A DNA stretch of 20,425 nucleotides from Bdellovibrionota bacterium (GTDB taxonomy: Bacteria; Bdellovibrionota_C; UBA2361; JBGSMV01). Each line of letters starts with the position of its first letter. The first letter of the stretch is position 1. Under the pieces are notes generated by a model that ran no database searches, was not told where the DNA came from, and worked only from the letters and a program-made list of their open reading frames with translations. Shown one piece after another: positions 8,139 through 17,921 of the stretch. A program made the translations under genes and the position numbers. The DNA is taken from contig JBGSMV010000027.1 of the NCBI GenBank assembly GCA_041739995.1, positions 1 to 20,425 of the forward strand. Reading direction: 5' to 3'.

Positions 8139-9362
8139 GTGTCAGCGTGCGTGAGGGATCTGAGTAGGGAGCAGAGCGAAATGGCGGGCAGGTCTTTTGG
8201 GCCGAGGGACTCTCGGAGCAGGCATGGGAGGGATGAAACCATCGCGCAGCCCGCCGGTGCGCCGGGGCATTCGCCTTGGCCGATGACGTTCCCTCATATA
8301 GAAGCGCTCGCCCGCGGACCTTTTCAACATGCACCACTGGTGCGTCTCGAGAAGATCGAACAGTTTTTGCGAAAAGAGTACGGAATCTCTCAACGGGTAT
8401 ACGGAAAGATTGAGCTCAATGAGACGAGTACGTTCAAAGATAGAGCCGCTGAGCTCCAGATAGTGGCGGCCAAGGCGGCAGGGTTCAAGACAGTGGTCGC
8501 CGCGTCCTCTGGAAATTTTGCTGAGTCATTGGCGTTCTATTCGAAAAAGCATGGGCTAGGCCTGACACTATTCATGCCGGAAGAAAACTGTTCTGCGAAG
8601 CAGCTTCATCGTCTCCAGGAAGCATGTGGGGCCGAAGTAGTTCTTGTTCCCGGAAATGACTATGACAAGGCCCTGAACGAGAGTAATCGATACGCCCGCG
8701 GCAATCGAGGTGTCGCCTACAACGCCAACCCTGGAGAGAAGAACAAGTTCAAGGCAGGGAAGTCCTCGGGATGCATCGACAATCGGCAACTCCAGCTTCA
8801 AGCAAATGGCGTTATTGCCACTGAAATTGTGGAACAGCTTAGAGTGCGTGGGATCGACTCCGTAGGCTTGGTGATATGCCCCGCAGGAAATGGCACGCTC
8901 GCCGCTGCATTGCATGCAGGCTTTCGCGCCGCGCTGCAAAATCCGCCTATAATGGTGGCCACTGCTGAAAATCCTTTGATTCGCGCCTCGATTCGCAAGA
9001 TGAGGAACTGTGGGGAGCTGACCGGGCCGATCCATGTGACCTGTCTCACCGAAGCGGGAGCTGGCTCTTCGGCCATCGATGGCACCCTTGCCCTAAAAGC
9101 TACTCGACAAAGCGGCGGTACTGTAGTGGAAGTTGATTCGCCAGTTATACAAAAGGCGATGAACCTGCTTGATGAGGCTCTTCAAGAAGCTACTAAGTGT
9201 TTTCAGCGGAAGCCTGTTCGCGTTCTTCCCTTTGCGGCAGCGGGTCTGGCCGCCATTATTCGCCAGCCGGACATTGTTAAGTGGCTGGCGCACGGAAAGC
9301 GACAACCGATTGAAGGGCCAATCGTCCTGGTCATTACAGGCGTGGAAGATGGAGGATCATGA
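8139..9362 (+). CDS. PLP-dependent fold-type II enzyme, threonine-synthase-like (start uncertain: 8139, 8181 or 8283)
   Basis: Schiff-base Lys motif NETSTFKDRA, AASSGNFAESLA, phosphate loop CPAGNGT and C-terminal VLVITG. Confidence 0.85.
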   Translation: MSACVRDLSREQSEMAGRSFGPRDSRSRHGRDETIAQPAGAPGHSPWPMTFPHIEALARGPFQHAPLVRLEKIEQFLRKEYGISQRVYGKIELNETSTFKDRAAELQIVAAKAAGFKTVVAASSGNFAESLAFYSKKHGLGLTLFMPEENCSAKQLHRLQEACGAEVVLVPGNDYDKALNESNRYARGNRGVAYNANPGEKNKFKAGKSSGCIDNRQLQLQANGVIATEIVEQLRVRGIDSVGLVICPAGNGTLAAALHAGFRAALQNPPIMVATAENPLIRASIRKMRNCGELTGPIHVTCLTEAGAGSSAIDGTLALKATRQSGGTVVEVDSPVIQKAMNLLDEALQEATKCFQRKPVRVLPFAAAGLAAIIRQPDIVKWLAHGKRQPIEGPIVLVITGVEDGGS

Positions 9363-9799
9363 AAATCCGGCAAGCTCTTCCAAGTGACATCGACGCCTTG
9401 CTGAAGATCGATTCCGATCTGTTCAGTGATCCGTTTCCAAAGTTTGTGATGCGGCAGCTGCTTGACTTGGCCGGACCGCTTGCAGCGGTAGCTGAGGAGC
9501 AAGAGATTCTTGGATATGTCCTTGGTGCGCGAGATTTTACCAATACCAAAGCGTGGGCACTGAGCGCTGCGGTGCTGAGAACTCATCAACATCGTGGCAT
9601 TGCGCGTAAGTTAATCGAGCATCTCTTTACGCAGATGCGGACGATAGGGATTTCAGAAGCTTTTCTTACTGTTCGCCCAGAAAATCTCCCGATTCTAAAG
9701 ATTGCCGAGCACTTGGGAGCCGTTACAGTGGCAGACGATCCAGAATATTTTGGTGCGGGCCAGCGTCGGCTTGTTTTGAAGCTAGACCTTTCGGTTTAA
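9359..9799 (+). CDS. GNAT family N-acetyltransferase (RimI-like)
   Basis: Acetyl-CoA motif VLRTHQHRGIARKL, LTVRPEN and YFG; the start overlaps the PLP gene stop (ATGA). Confidence 0.85.
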   Translation: MKIRQALPSDIDALLKIDSDLFSDPFPKFVMRQLLDLAGPLAAVAEEQEILGYVLGARDFTNTKAWALSAAVLRTHQHRGIARKLIEHLFTQMRTIGISEAFLTVRPENLPILKIAEHLGAVTVADDPEYFGAGQRRLVLKLDLSV

Positions 9800-9831
9800 T
9801 GTGGGCGCAAGCAGATTTTCCTCTAATCCGA

Positions 9832-11139
9832 TTACGCATCGAGCCTTCGCGAGCTTAGTTTCATGGCGGCGTCTTCCCAGGTGTTGTCCGTTACCGAGAG
9901 TGGAGTGCCGGCTGCACTAAACTTATGCCTTAGAGCAATCGACGAGATGTCGAGCCTATCAGCTCCTTGTCGGACAAAAAGGTCACGGCACAGAGCGACA
10001 AATACATCAAACACCGGAGCGATGGCCTCAGCTTCAGCAAAGTGCACTATCTGCCATGATTTTTGGGAATGAACTGCTTCCATAAGCACTACGAACGCGC
10101 CATTTTCTACGAGCGCATAAGTCCTACTGGTTTGGCCAATCAGCGTTTCGCCACACTCTTCTAAAAGCTCCGCTTTCGTAAGGTATGAGATCAGAAATGC
10201 GCGCGCTTGTTTGCGCTCCATTTCGGATTTAAGCACCACGATACCCTCTGGCAATGACTCTTCATTAGGTGACGCTTGCTCAGGTTCTGCAACCGCTCGT
10301 TCGAGTAGCGAGAGAAAGGCTTGACGATCATTTTCGTTGAATTGTTTTAAGCCGATCTTAAATAGTGTATCTGCCGAAGAGAGGATCACTGCGAGGCGTT
10401 TTCGACCAGTTTCGCCGAGCGAAATAATGTATTGGCGGCGGTCTTCAGGGTGGATAGCTCGCGAGAGTATGCCGTTTTCTTCGTATTTAGAGATTAGCCT
10501 GGAGATGCGGGTTTGATCGTATGGTAAATTTTCTTTGAGAATCATGCGTGGAAGGCCTCCGGGGTGTTCGGAGAGCAGACTTAACATTTGAGACTCTTCA
10601 AGAGAAACACCGCTTCCAAAGAGTGTGCCGCCAAGAAATCCTAGCGCACGAGTAAGGCGCCGGATTTGGGCTTTTAGGGGATGATCTCCTGGATTCTCCG
10701 GGATCTCTGGCTGATTGAGTGAGTCCGCCATTATTCTCAGAAACGCAGAGAGTATTTCTAGTTCGGTAGAGGATAGCGATGCCCCAAACTCTTCAATCTG
10801 TTGTTCGCGTGTGCTGAGGTCACGTGCCAGGAATTTTCGACCGACTTCGGTAATTCCAAGAAGTCTCTCGCGGCGGTCTAAAGGATTGGGACTGAAGGTC
10901 AACATGTGGGCGTCAGCCAGTCTGCCGAGCAGCCGGGAAAGAGTGCTTTTCTCAATTTTTAATTGCTCTGTGATCTCTTGAGCAGTGATGGGAATGTCTT
11001 GAAGCTCCGCTGCTTCAATTTCAGAGAGCACGTAACTTTGGTCAACGGTAAGCAAAGGATGGAGGCGGAGCAAAATGCGCTCGAGCTTGCGACTTGCAGC
11101 AAGGAACAGCGTTACAAATTGTTGGGTGCACTCTGACAC
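9832..11139 (-). CDS. Tandem MarR-family winged-helix regulator with a C-terminal extension
   Basis: Two wHTH units (IEKSTLSRLLGRL...NPLDRRERLLGITEVG and DQTRISRLISKY...HPEDRRQYIISLGETG); GGAG precedes GTG11139. Confidence 0.85.
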   Translation of the reverse strand: MSECTQQFVTLFLAASRKLERILLRLHPLLTVDQSYVLSEIEAAELQDIPITAQEITEQLKIEKSTLSRLLGRLADAHMLTFSPNPLDRRERLLGITEVGRKFLARDLSTREQQIEEFGASLSSTELEILSAFLRIMADSLNQPEIPENPGDHPLKAQIRRLTRALGFLGGTLFGSGVSLEESQMLSLLSEHPGGLPRMILKENLPYDQTRISRLISKYEENGILSRAIHPEDRRQYIISLGETGRKRLAVILSSADTLFKIGLKQFNENDRQAFLSLLERAVAEPEQASPNEESLPEGIVVLKSEMERKQARAFLISYLTKAELLEECGETLIGQTSRTYALVENGAFVVLMEAVHSQKSWQIVHFAEAEAIAPVFDVFVALCRDLFVRQGADRLDISSIALRHKFSAAGTPLSVTDNTWEDAAMKLSSRRLDA

Positions 11140-11495
11140 GTCGGTCTCCAGTCGCGAAATTTGGTTCTAGTTTCCGTCTGCGCGCGAGGTTGTCTTGATG
11201 AGCTACTCGTTGAGTGAGTATCCACATGCCCTCGACTATAGAAACAAACCTTCCCCGGCCACCTACCATCTCTTCCTTCCCGTCCGACCAGCAACCCCAG
11301 ATCTATGCCCAGTGACCTTCGGTTATAGCGTGGACGGTTCAAGATGAATGCACCGCAAGTTTTCTTGGAAAAATTTGAGGGCCGCACTGGGTCGCTTTTC
11401 CTCGCTCAAGGATTTGCGGGATGGTGTCCGTATTTCAGGAAGAACGTTGGTATTTGATGGCTTAGGGCATTGAAACCCTTGGATATTTTTTCCGC

Positions 11496-11523
11496 TCAAG
11501 AGCTGGAGACCCTCCTCCGATAC
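11496..11523 (+). promoter_or_regulatory. Sigma-28-like promoter candidate for fliS
   Basis: TCAA-N16-TCCGATAC about 170 nt upstream of fliS; fliS is commonly FliA-dependent. Confidence 0.45.
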
Positions 11524-11690
11524 TCATTAGTGCAAGGGGAAGTGGTTAGTCCCCCGTGTGCCGCCCAACACGGACGCAGCAGTGCGTAGAGGGATACCAC
11601 ATCTTGAGGTAACCCAGGGGAGGTGCGTTGACCAAGCGGAAGTAGAGGTCAGTGTATCGGGAAGCCAGAGTTGAGTTAGCGAGGAGACCC

Positions 11691-12146
11691 ATGTACGGGA
11701 AAAACGCCCACGCCACGTATCAGACCGTTCAAGTCACGACCACCGATAGGGGTCGCCTGCTCCTCATGATGTATGAGGGAGCACTCAAGTTCCTCAAGCA
11801 GTCTAAGGCTGGCTTGGAAGGGAGCGACATTCCAAAATTCTGCCGATTTCTCAGTAAATCACAAGCGATCATCGCCGAGCTGATGAACACTCTCGATTTC
11901 GAGAAGGGTGGGAACATCGCGCGCGACCTCGATCGATTATATGATTTCATGCTCTTTTATCTAACAGAGGCGAACCTCTATCGCGATCCGAGTCGAATCC
12001 AGAAAGTGATAGATCTTCTCGACGTGATCTACCAAGCCTATAAGGCCATCATCGAGACGAACCAGGAAGGGCCCGAGAAATCGAAGGACTCCTCTAAAGG
12101 CTCGGTTATGGAAGAGGCGATCCGACGCGTTCAGATCTCACTTTAA
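11691..12146 (+). CDS. fliS: Flagellar export chaperone FliS
   Basis: YQTVQVTTTDRGRLLLMMYEGALKFL...KSQAIIAELMNTLDFEKGGNIARDLDRLYDFM...LTEANL; GAGGAG RBS 4 nt before ATG11691. Confidence 0.95.
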   Translation: MYGKNAHATYQTVQVTTTDRGRLLLMMYEGALKFLKQSKAGLEGSDIPKFCRFLSKSQAIIAELMNTLDFEKGGNIARDLDRLYDFMLFYLTEANLYRDPSRIQKVIDLLDVIYQAYKAIIETNQEGPEKSKDSSKGSVMEEAIRRVQISL

Positions 12147-12229
12147 GGCGGACTCAGAATCTGCGGCGAGACGCTATGATAGCATAGTGCTCACGCTCGC
12201 GGCGTGATCCCACCGATATCATTATGGGA

Positions 12230-12265
12230 CAATGGGACACCCACTATTGCTGGGGTGTGCCATTG
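12230..12265. repeat. Imperfect inverted repeat (REP-like hairpin candidate)
   Basis: CAATGGGACACCC ... GGGTGTGCCATTG, a 13-bp stem with one mismatch, in the fliS-glycosyltransferase intergenic region. Confidence 0.5.
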
Positions 12266-12508
12266 GTCTACCCCGCTTGGTAGGGGGTTAATCCATTCTC
12301 AAGTTGAAATAGTTGGGGTGCACCATCGCCAGAATTACTCATCTGAGATCGTTCACCTGAATAGTTTCAAGCCATTAGCCTTCATGCCCCGATAAATCGA
12401 CGCTCCTTGTCGCCCTCCAACCGCATCGTATCCACAGTAGAGCTCTGATCGAAGGATATAGGCCTGCCTAATGAGCGCACTTAAGCGCTTCGCGAAGGGA
12501 CTTCGTGC

Positions 12509-15358
12509 ATGTCTGGTTTTGAAAAGCTTTTAGAGCAAATGCGTGTCGATTGGGATCGGCGTATTGCCCATGACTATCGCTTTTGGATGAGCGACGGGCA
12601 CGCTAATGACCAAGCCATGTGGGAAAGTGGTGCACGGGATTTTGAAATTATCACCGCTGGGCTGCAACCTTCTTCCTCACAAACCATGGTCGATCTTGGC
12701 TGTGGAGTCGGACGACTACTAAAAACTGCTTCCCAGAATTTTGGGCGCGTGATCGGAGTAGATGTCTCGGCCGAAGCTATCGAGAAAGCTCGTGAGTTCT
12801 TATTGAGCGGACCAGAAGCGCTTCGTAATACCGAGTTGCACGTAGGGAACGGCTCCGACCTGCAACCAATACCTGAAAGTTCAGTCGATGTGCTGCTTAG
12901 CTTTGCGGCGATCAGTAGTATCCCAACCGAGGTAGTAGGAAACTATCTGCGTGAAATGCACCGAGTGCTTAAGCCAGACGGCGTAGCTCGATTGCAGCTC
13001 TATTTAGGACTCGAACAAACCGTTCGTCGTGAAGACACCCTTCACCTTCGCTGCTATCGCCGAGAACACCTCGAAGAAGCGCTTCGTCGCGCAGGGCTTG
13101 TGCTTGAAGGAGTCACAGAGCTTGTACTTCCCATTCAAGTTTCTTTCAAAGAGATAGGAATCGAGGCGGTAATCGCTTCGGTTCGACGTACCGATCGTCA
13201 GCCCATGTCGGCCGAAGAGATCTCGGCAGCGCTACTGCCTGACGGAGAGCCGATCGAAGGGGAGAGCACCTTAGGCAATGACCTTGAGTACTGGATGACT
13301 CTTAACTATGCCCGAGAGCTCGCTGAAAGAGGCGATCTCGATAGAGCTCGAGAGACGCTCGAGTATGCTGAACGCGTTTCTCACACCACAGCGGTAGATG
13401 TAGGCGATCTCATGCAACGGATTGTTGCAAAAATCGGGAGTTCTGAAGGCAATGGCAGCAAGCCAGCGAGTGAAGTTGCAAAATGTAATGACAACTCCTC
13501 GAACCCTCCCGTTCAAATCGAGAACTCAGGAGCAAAACAAAAGCTACTCACTCGGTTCCCCAATCTTCAGTCAAGATTCTCTGATAGTCCATCAGCGGCA
13601 AAAATCGAGGTTCGAAACACCGAAGAAGGGCCCGTAGTGATTGTTGACGGAGTGGCGCTTGATCATGCCAGCAAACCTAAGTCGGCAGCTCGGCAGTGGG
13701 CCAAACAAGCCATGGGCGATGTAAAGTATGCAAATTGCCAAGAGCTAGTGATAGTCGGGCTTGGATTTGGATACCATATTGAGGCTCTTAGAGAGCTTGG
13801 GTGTGACAAACCAATCCACATACTAGAGCCACATCCTGAGGTGGTGGAGGCGGCAGGGGCTGGGCGTCCTGCGGCTTGGATTGATATGATCTCGTCGCTT
13901 GATTGCGGTGTTGATGCAGCCATTCCACAGGGCAGTACAGTTCTAGGAGGCAACGCAGTCCTAGAAATTTGGACTCGCGCACAGACGCAAGCAGTGGCGT
14001 CGGAGTTTTGTGCAAAGATTCGCAGTAAGTTCTACGGAGAGCGAGGGCTTTCGCTCCTTCGCCCGAATATCGGGGTTCTTGGTCCTCTGAGTGGTGGCAC
14101 CTTGCCCATGGTGCCGTATGTGTGTCGTAGTTTGTATGGCTTGGGCCAACGGTTTCGCGAATATGACGTCAGTGGTTTCGCCTCCGGCTACGACCAAGTT
14201 TCAAAGTTCGTGCAGGGTAAGCCGCGTCGCTCGAGTGTTGAAAACACATACTGCGAAATGGTTTCCCAGGTGCTGCTTGAGTCCATCAACGAGCGCCCAG
14301 TTGATATTCTAATCTGCATGGCACTTGCGCCGATTTCTCCGCGCGTGCTTACCGAGCTTCGCAAGCGTGGGGTGATAACCGTGCTGTGGTTCGTCGAAGA
14401 CTACACTCGATTTACCTACTGGAAAGAAACCGCCAAGTTTTACGACTTCGTGTTCACTATTCAGAAAGGTAAGTGCTTGGACGCCATGCGTGCAGCAGGA
14501 GCTGGCGAGAGCCATTACCTTCCTGTTGGATGCGACCCTGGAATCCATGCCCCCCTAAGTCTTTCGACCGAAGAGAAAGAGCGCTGGGGCTCTCCAATTT
14601 CGTTCATGGGTGCGGGCTATCATAACCGACAGCAACTTTTTGCTTCGTTCTCGGATTACCCAATAAAGATTTGGGGTACTGAATGGCCCACGTGTCGCCC
14701 CTTTGATCATATGGTGCAAGAAGGTGGTCGAAGACTTTCACCGGCTGAATACGTTAAAGTGTTCAATGCATCGGACATCAATATCAATCTGCACTCCTCT
14801 CATGAACGAGATGGAGTGGACCCTTTTGGTGATTTCTTGAACCCGCGCACTTTTGAGCTTGCCGCTTCAGGAGTATTCCAGCTGGTCGACCACCGAAGTC
14901 TCTTGCCGGAGGCGTTTGAGGTGGGAACTGAGATGGCGACTTTTAGAAGTGCCGAAGAACTTCGAGAAAAACTTCAGTACTTCACGGCGCACCCGGAAGA
15001 GCGGGCAAAAATTGCAAACGCATCGAGGGAACGGGCTTTGAAGGATCATACCTATCAGGCCCGTATCCGTTCAATGCTTTCGACGATTTTTAGCAGTCGG
15101 TTTGAGCAGCTCAAGGCGCGCCTTGACGCCTCGCCTTGGCAGAAAGTGCTTGCCCGGGCGAAGCCGCATGCGGAACTGCACAGCCGCTGTGAGAAGGCTT
15201 TTACGCGAGGAGAAGAGCCGAACTTGGACGGTCTAGTAAGCGACGTGGTCGCAGGAAACGGGAAACTTTCAGAGACGGAGCAAAAGCTGATGTTTCTGTT
15301 CCACGTGCGAAAGCAGATCATTCGAATGAAAGAAGAAGAGTCGGGAGGCAAATCGTAG
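12509..15358 (+). CDS. Fusion protein: class I SAM methyltransferase + TPR-like helix + Maf N-terminal-like domain + CgeB/YkvP-type glycosyltransferase (DUF3880/Glyco_trans_1_2)
   Basis: VDLGCGVGRL, VIGVDVS and EMHRVLKPDG (methyltransferase); VDGVALDHASKPKSAARQW...VIVGLGFGYHIEAL...ILEP (Maf-N-like); LWFVED, YLPVGCDP, FMGAGYHNR, NPRTFELAASG and HTYQARI (CgeB-type GT). Confidence 0.85.
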   Translation: MSGFEKLLEQMRVDWDRRIAHDYRFWMSDGHANDQAMWESGARDFEIITAGLQPSSSQTMVDLGCGVGRLLKTASQNFGRVIGVDVSAEAIEKAREFLLSGPEALRNTELHVGNGSDLQPIPESSVDVLLSFAAISSIPTEVVGNYLREMHRVLKPDGVARLQLYLGLEQTVRREDTLHLRCYRREHLEEALRRAGLVLEGVTELVLPIQVSFKEIGIEAVIASVRRTDRQPMSAEEISAALLPDGEPIEGESTLGNDLEYWMTLNYARELAERGDLDRARETLEYAERVSHTTAVDVGDLMQRIVAKIGSSEGNGSKPASEVAKCNDNSSNPPVQIENSGAKQKLLTRFPNLQSRFSDSPSAAKIEVRNTEEGPVVIVDGVALDHASKPKSAARQWAKQAMGDVKYANCQELVIVGLGFGYHIEALRELGCDKPIHILEPHPEVVEAAGAGRPAAWIDMISSLDCGVDAAIPQGSTVLGGNAVLEIWTRAQTQAVASEFCAKIRSKFYGERGLSLLRPNIGVLGPLSGGTLPMVPYVCRSLYGLGQRFREYDVSGFASGYDQVSKFVQGKPRRSSVENTYCEMVSQVLLESINERPVDILICMALAPISPRVLTELRKRGVITVLWFVEDYTRFTYWKETAKFYDFVFTIQKGKCLDAMRAAGAGESHYLPVGCDPGIHAPLSLSTEEKERWGSPISFMGAGYHNRQQLFASFSDYPIKIWGTEWPTCRPFDHMVQEGGRRLSPAEYVKVFNASDININLHSSHERDGVDPFGDFLNPRTFELAASGVFQLVDHRSLLPEAFEVGTEMATFRSAEELREKLQYFTAHPEERAKIANASRERALKDHTYQARIRSMLSTIFSSRFEQLKARLDASPWQKVLARAKPHAELHSRCEKAFTRGEEPNLDGLVSDVVAGNGKLSETEQKLMFLFHVRKQIIRMKEEESGGKS

Positions 15359-15384
15359 CTCAAGCGCTCATTGGATAGATCATT

Positions 15385-17073
15385 ATGCATGGCATTCACG
15401 AACAAACTGGCGCTTTGAAGAAGCGATTTCCACATAAATCGAATGTGCTGCTGGTGAACATTACGCGCCTTGGAGATATGTTACAGGCTACGCCCACCAT
15501 TGCAGGATTGAAGGCCGAGAATCCCGACTGCAAAGTCACCGTGCTGGTGGAAAAGCAGTTTGAGTCAGTGTGTCATTTTATCCCGAATATTGACGCGGTC
15601 CGCTGTCTCGACCTTGGTATGACAGTTCGCGCGCTTGCGCGTGAGCAGGACGGTATCATCGATGCATTCGAGTACGTAACCGAGTTCGTGGACGAACTGC
15701 GTAAGGAAAAGTTTGACTATTGCCTTAATATGTCCTCATCCGCATATACCGCGTTGTTGCTGCGGTTGATCGGTATCGACAATAACGGCGGATGGACCTC
15801 GGATGACGAGGGAAACCGCGTGATCGAATCGGATTGGGCTAAGCTGTTCGCAACATCAGTTTTCCATCAGAATCGGCAGCTTAATTCTCTCAACTTAGTC
15901 GATGTATTTCGATGCTCAGCGGATGTGGAGGCTCATCCGAAGCAGCTCCTTATCAAGGTTGAATCTGAAGCTTCTCAGGTTGCGCGGGATTTGATTGCCG
16001 AAGCGCAGTTTACCAATACTGGACCACTGATCGCCCTTCAAGCAGGAGCGAGTCAGGAGAAACGTCAGTGGAGCCCTAGACTGTTCATTAGCCTGGTTCG
16101 TCAGTTGCTGGATCGCACGTCAGCAAGAATTGTACTGACTGGCACGAACAAGGAACTATCAATTCTTCAACCGATCGTGGATGAGGTGAATAATCCCAAT
16201 GTGTTTGTGGCTGCAGGGAAGACCACTATTCCTCAACTCGCCGCACTGCTGAAAGAATGTCAGCTCTTGGTGACAGGAGACACCGGGACGATGCATATGG
16301 CGGTTGCGGTGGGAACGCCGGTAGTTGCCATGTTCTTAGCTTCCGCATTCGGATTTGAGACCGGGCCATACAGTGAAGGTAACATAATTTTGCAACCGGT
16401 CATTGGCTGTGGCCCTTGTAATCCGAACAAGCCATGCGCTGGACTTGAATGTCACGATACCATTTCACCTGATATCGTGGCGGAACTTGCGGTGCAACGT
16501 CTCGCCGGGGAAGTGCATTCTGTGTCTAGTAGCATCGCCCCGCCTGAGCAGGTAATCGTCTATCGATCATTTTTTGATAAGTATGGATTCTGTGACCTAC
16601 AGGCGCTCAACAATCCGGCAGTGACGGAGCTGTCGCGTTATCGAACGGCCTACCGGAAGCTTTGGCTCGATGATCTAGGGGGCTATCCTGAGCTTGATTT
16701 AGACGCGCCGACCTCGGCACCATCGTCACTTCTTAAGTTTGCAACTCCGGCAGGTGAAGGCCTCGATCAAGTAGTGTTAGGCGCCCGACATGGGCAGCAG
16801 CTAATTCAAGAGCTCTTGCAGCTAGTTGGCGATGCCCATTCGTCCGCCTCACGCCTGGGTGAGGTGAACCGCGCGATAACTGACCTCGACCGGCAAATCG
16901 AGCAAATCGGCTACCATGTCGGTGGAATGGGACCGCTCACTCGTATGTTCGTGTTTTCAAAGGAAAATCTTTCTGGAACGGACCCGCGAGAGCTCGCATC
17001 ACAAATGTTGAACATATATCAGGCGCTTGAGCGGCGTGCACACAAGTTGGCGCTCGCATTAAGCCAGGTTTAG
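15385..17073 (+). CDS. Glycosyltransferase family 9 (heptosyltransferase-like) with C-terminal helical extension
   Basis: LLVNITRLGDMLQATP, LQAGASQEKRQW, LVTGDTGTMHMAVAVGTP, ETGPY and a Cys cluster CGPC..KPC...C. Confidence 0.9.
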   Translation: MHGIHEQTGALKKRFPHKSNVLLVNITRLGDMLQATPTIAGLKAENPDCKVTVLVEKQFESVCHFIPNIDAVRCLDLGMTVRALAREQDGIIDAFEYVTEFVDELRKEKFDYCLNMSSSAYTALLLRLIGIDNNGGWTSDDEGNRVIESDWAKLFATSVFHQNRQLNSLNLVDVFRCSADVEAHPKQLLIKVESEASQVARDLIAEAQFTNTGPLIALQAGASQEKRQWSPRLFISLVRQLLDRTSARIVLTGTNKELSILQPIVDEVNNPNVFVAAGKTTIPQLAALLKECQLLVTGDTGTMHMAVAVGTPVVAMFLASAFGFETGPYSEGNIILQPVIGCGPCNPNKPCAGLECHDTISPDIVAELAVQRLAGEVHSVSSSIAPPEQVIVYRSFFDKYGFCDLQALNNPAVTELSRYRTAYRKLWLDDLGGYPELDLDAPTSAPSSLLKFATPAGEGLDQVVLGARHGQQLIQELLQLVGDAHSSASRLGEVNRAITDLDRQIEQIGYHVGGMGPLTRMFVFSKENLSGTDPRELASQMLNIYQALERRAHKLALALSQV

Positions 17074-17132
17074 AGCGGGTTAGGCAGAGAGGAGTTGTCC
17101 TCCTAGGTTGCCGGGAAACTTCGCTTTTTAGG

Positions 17133-17738
17133 GTGATTCGTATGGTTTCAGTCTTAGTGAATGGTTCGGATTCTCAGTTTCCCGCCACAACTCTGCAAAA
17201 GCTTCCAGAGCTCATCGAGTTTATCAAAACCTCAATTGATCCAAGCCACATGATTACGGCAATTCGCATCGATGGCCGTGAGCTTGACGAACAAGACTGG
17301 AGTGCAAGTCTTGGCCAGTATGAGACAGCGATTCTGGAGGTTGAGACCGATACTCCAGAAAGCTTTGTTGCAAGCAGGATCGAGAAGTCTCCGGAAGTTG
17401 TTCGTTCGATGTTTCTTCTCTTCAGAGAGTCGCGCAAGGGCTTCCAGGGTGGAGATATGCAACTGGGAAATCGCCGCATGATCGAGGCGGTGAACACCGC
17501 GCGAGCATTCTTTGAGTGGTATAATTCTCTGCTCTCACTCATGCCGAAAGATAGACAGCATCTGTTCGACATCAATCCTCAGGTAAAAGACATCTCAGAG
17601 GTTTGCAAGAAGCTCTCTCAGCAACAACTCTACCAGTCATGGTGGGCGCTCAGTGAGACTCTCGAGAAAGAGCTTGAGCCGAAGTTGGATAGCTTGGAAG
17701 AGTGCCTGCGCGGCTTCCGACGCCAAACTCTTCCGTAA
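17133..17738 (+). CDS. Hypothetical protein, probably flagellar-locus associated (ATG17142 is an alternative start)
   Basis: 201-aa ORF co-oriented after GT9; a small beta/alpha N-terminal domain (ITAIRIDGREL) followed by a helical bundle ending LSETLEKELEP. Confidence 0.75.
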   Translation: MIRMVSVLVNGSDSQFPATTLQKLPELIEFIKTSIDPSHMITAIRIDGRELDEQDWSASLGQYETAILEVETDTPESFVASRIEKSPEVVRSMFLLFRESRKGFQGGDMQLGNRRMIEAVNTARAFFEWYNSLLSLMPKDRQHLFDINPQVKDISEVCKKLSQQQLYQSWWALSETLEKELEPKLDSLEECLRGFRRQTLP

Positions 17739-17921
17739 CCGGTAACGGGTCGTCATTCAGGTCAATGTATGCCGTAGGCTGGTCGCGAGACCGTCAGGGC
17801 AGCGATCTGCTTTTCCGCGCACGCATACTTTCAATGACTCTCATGATTTTCTCCTGACGGTGCGGCAATGGCGCTGTTGCGTGAAATTTTATATACGTTA
17901 TCTGCGCTTTGAAACTGTTTC

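Noticed and set aside
8139..9362. Assigning gene symbol thrC
   Set aside because: The motifs are divergent and the context is not threonine biosynthesis; only the family can be supported.
12367..12395. Sigma-28-like TCAA-N17-CCCGATAA before the glycosyltransferase fusion
   Set aside because: Good -10 box, but the spacer is 2 nt too long; not supportable.
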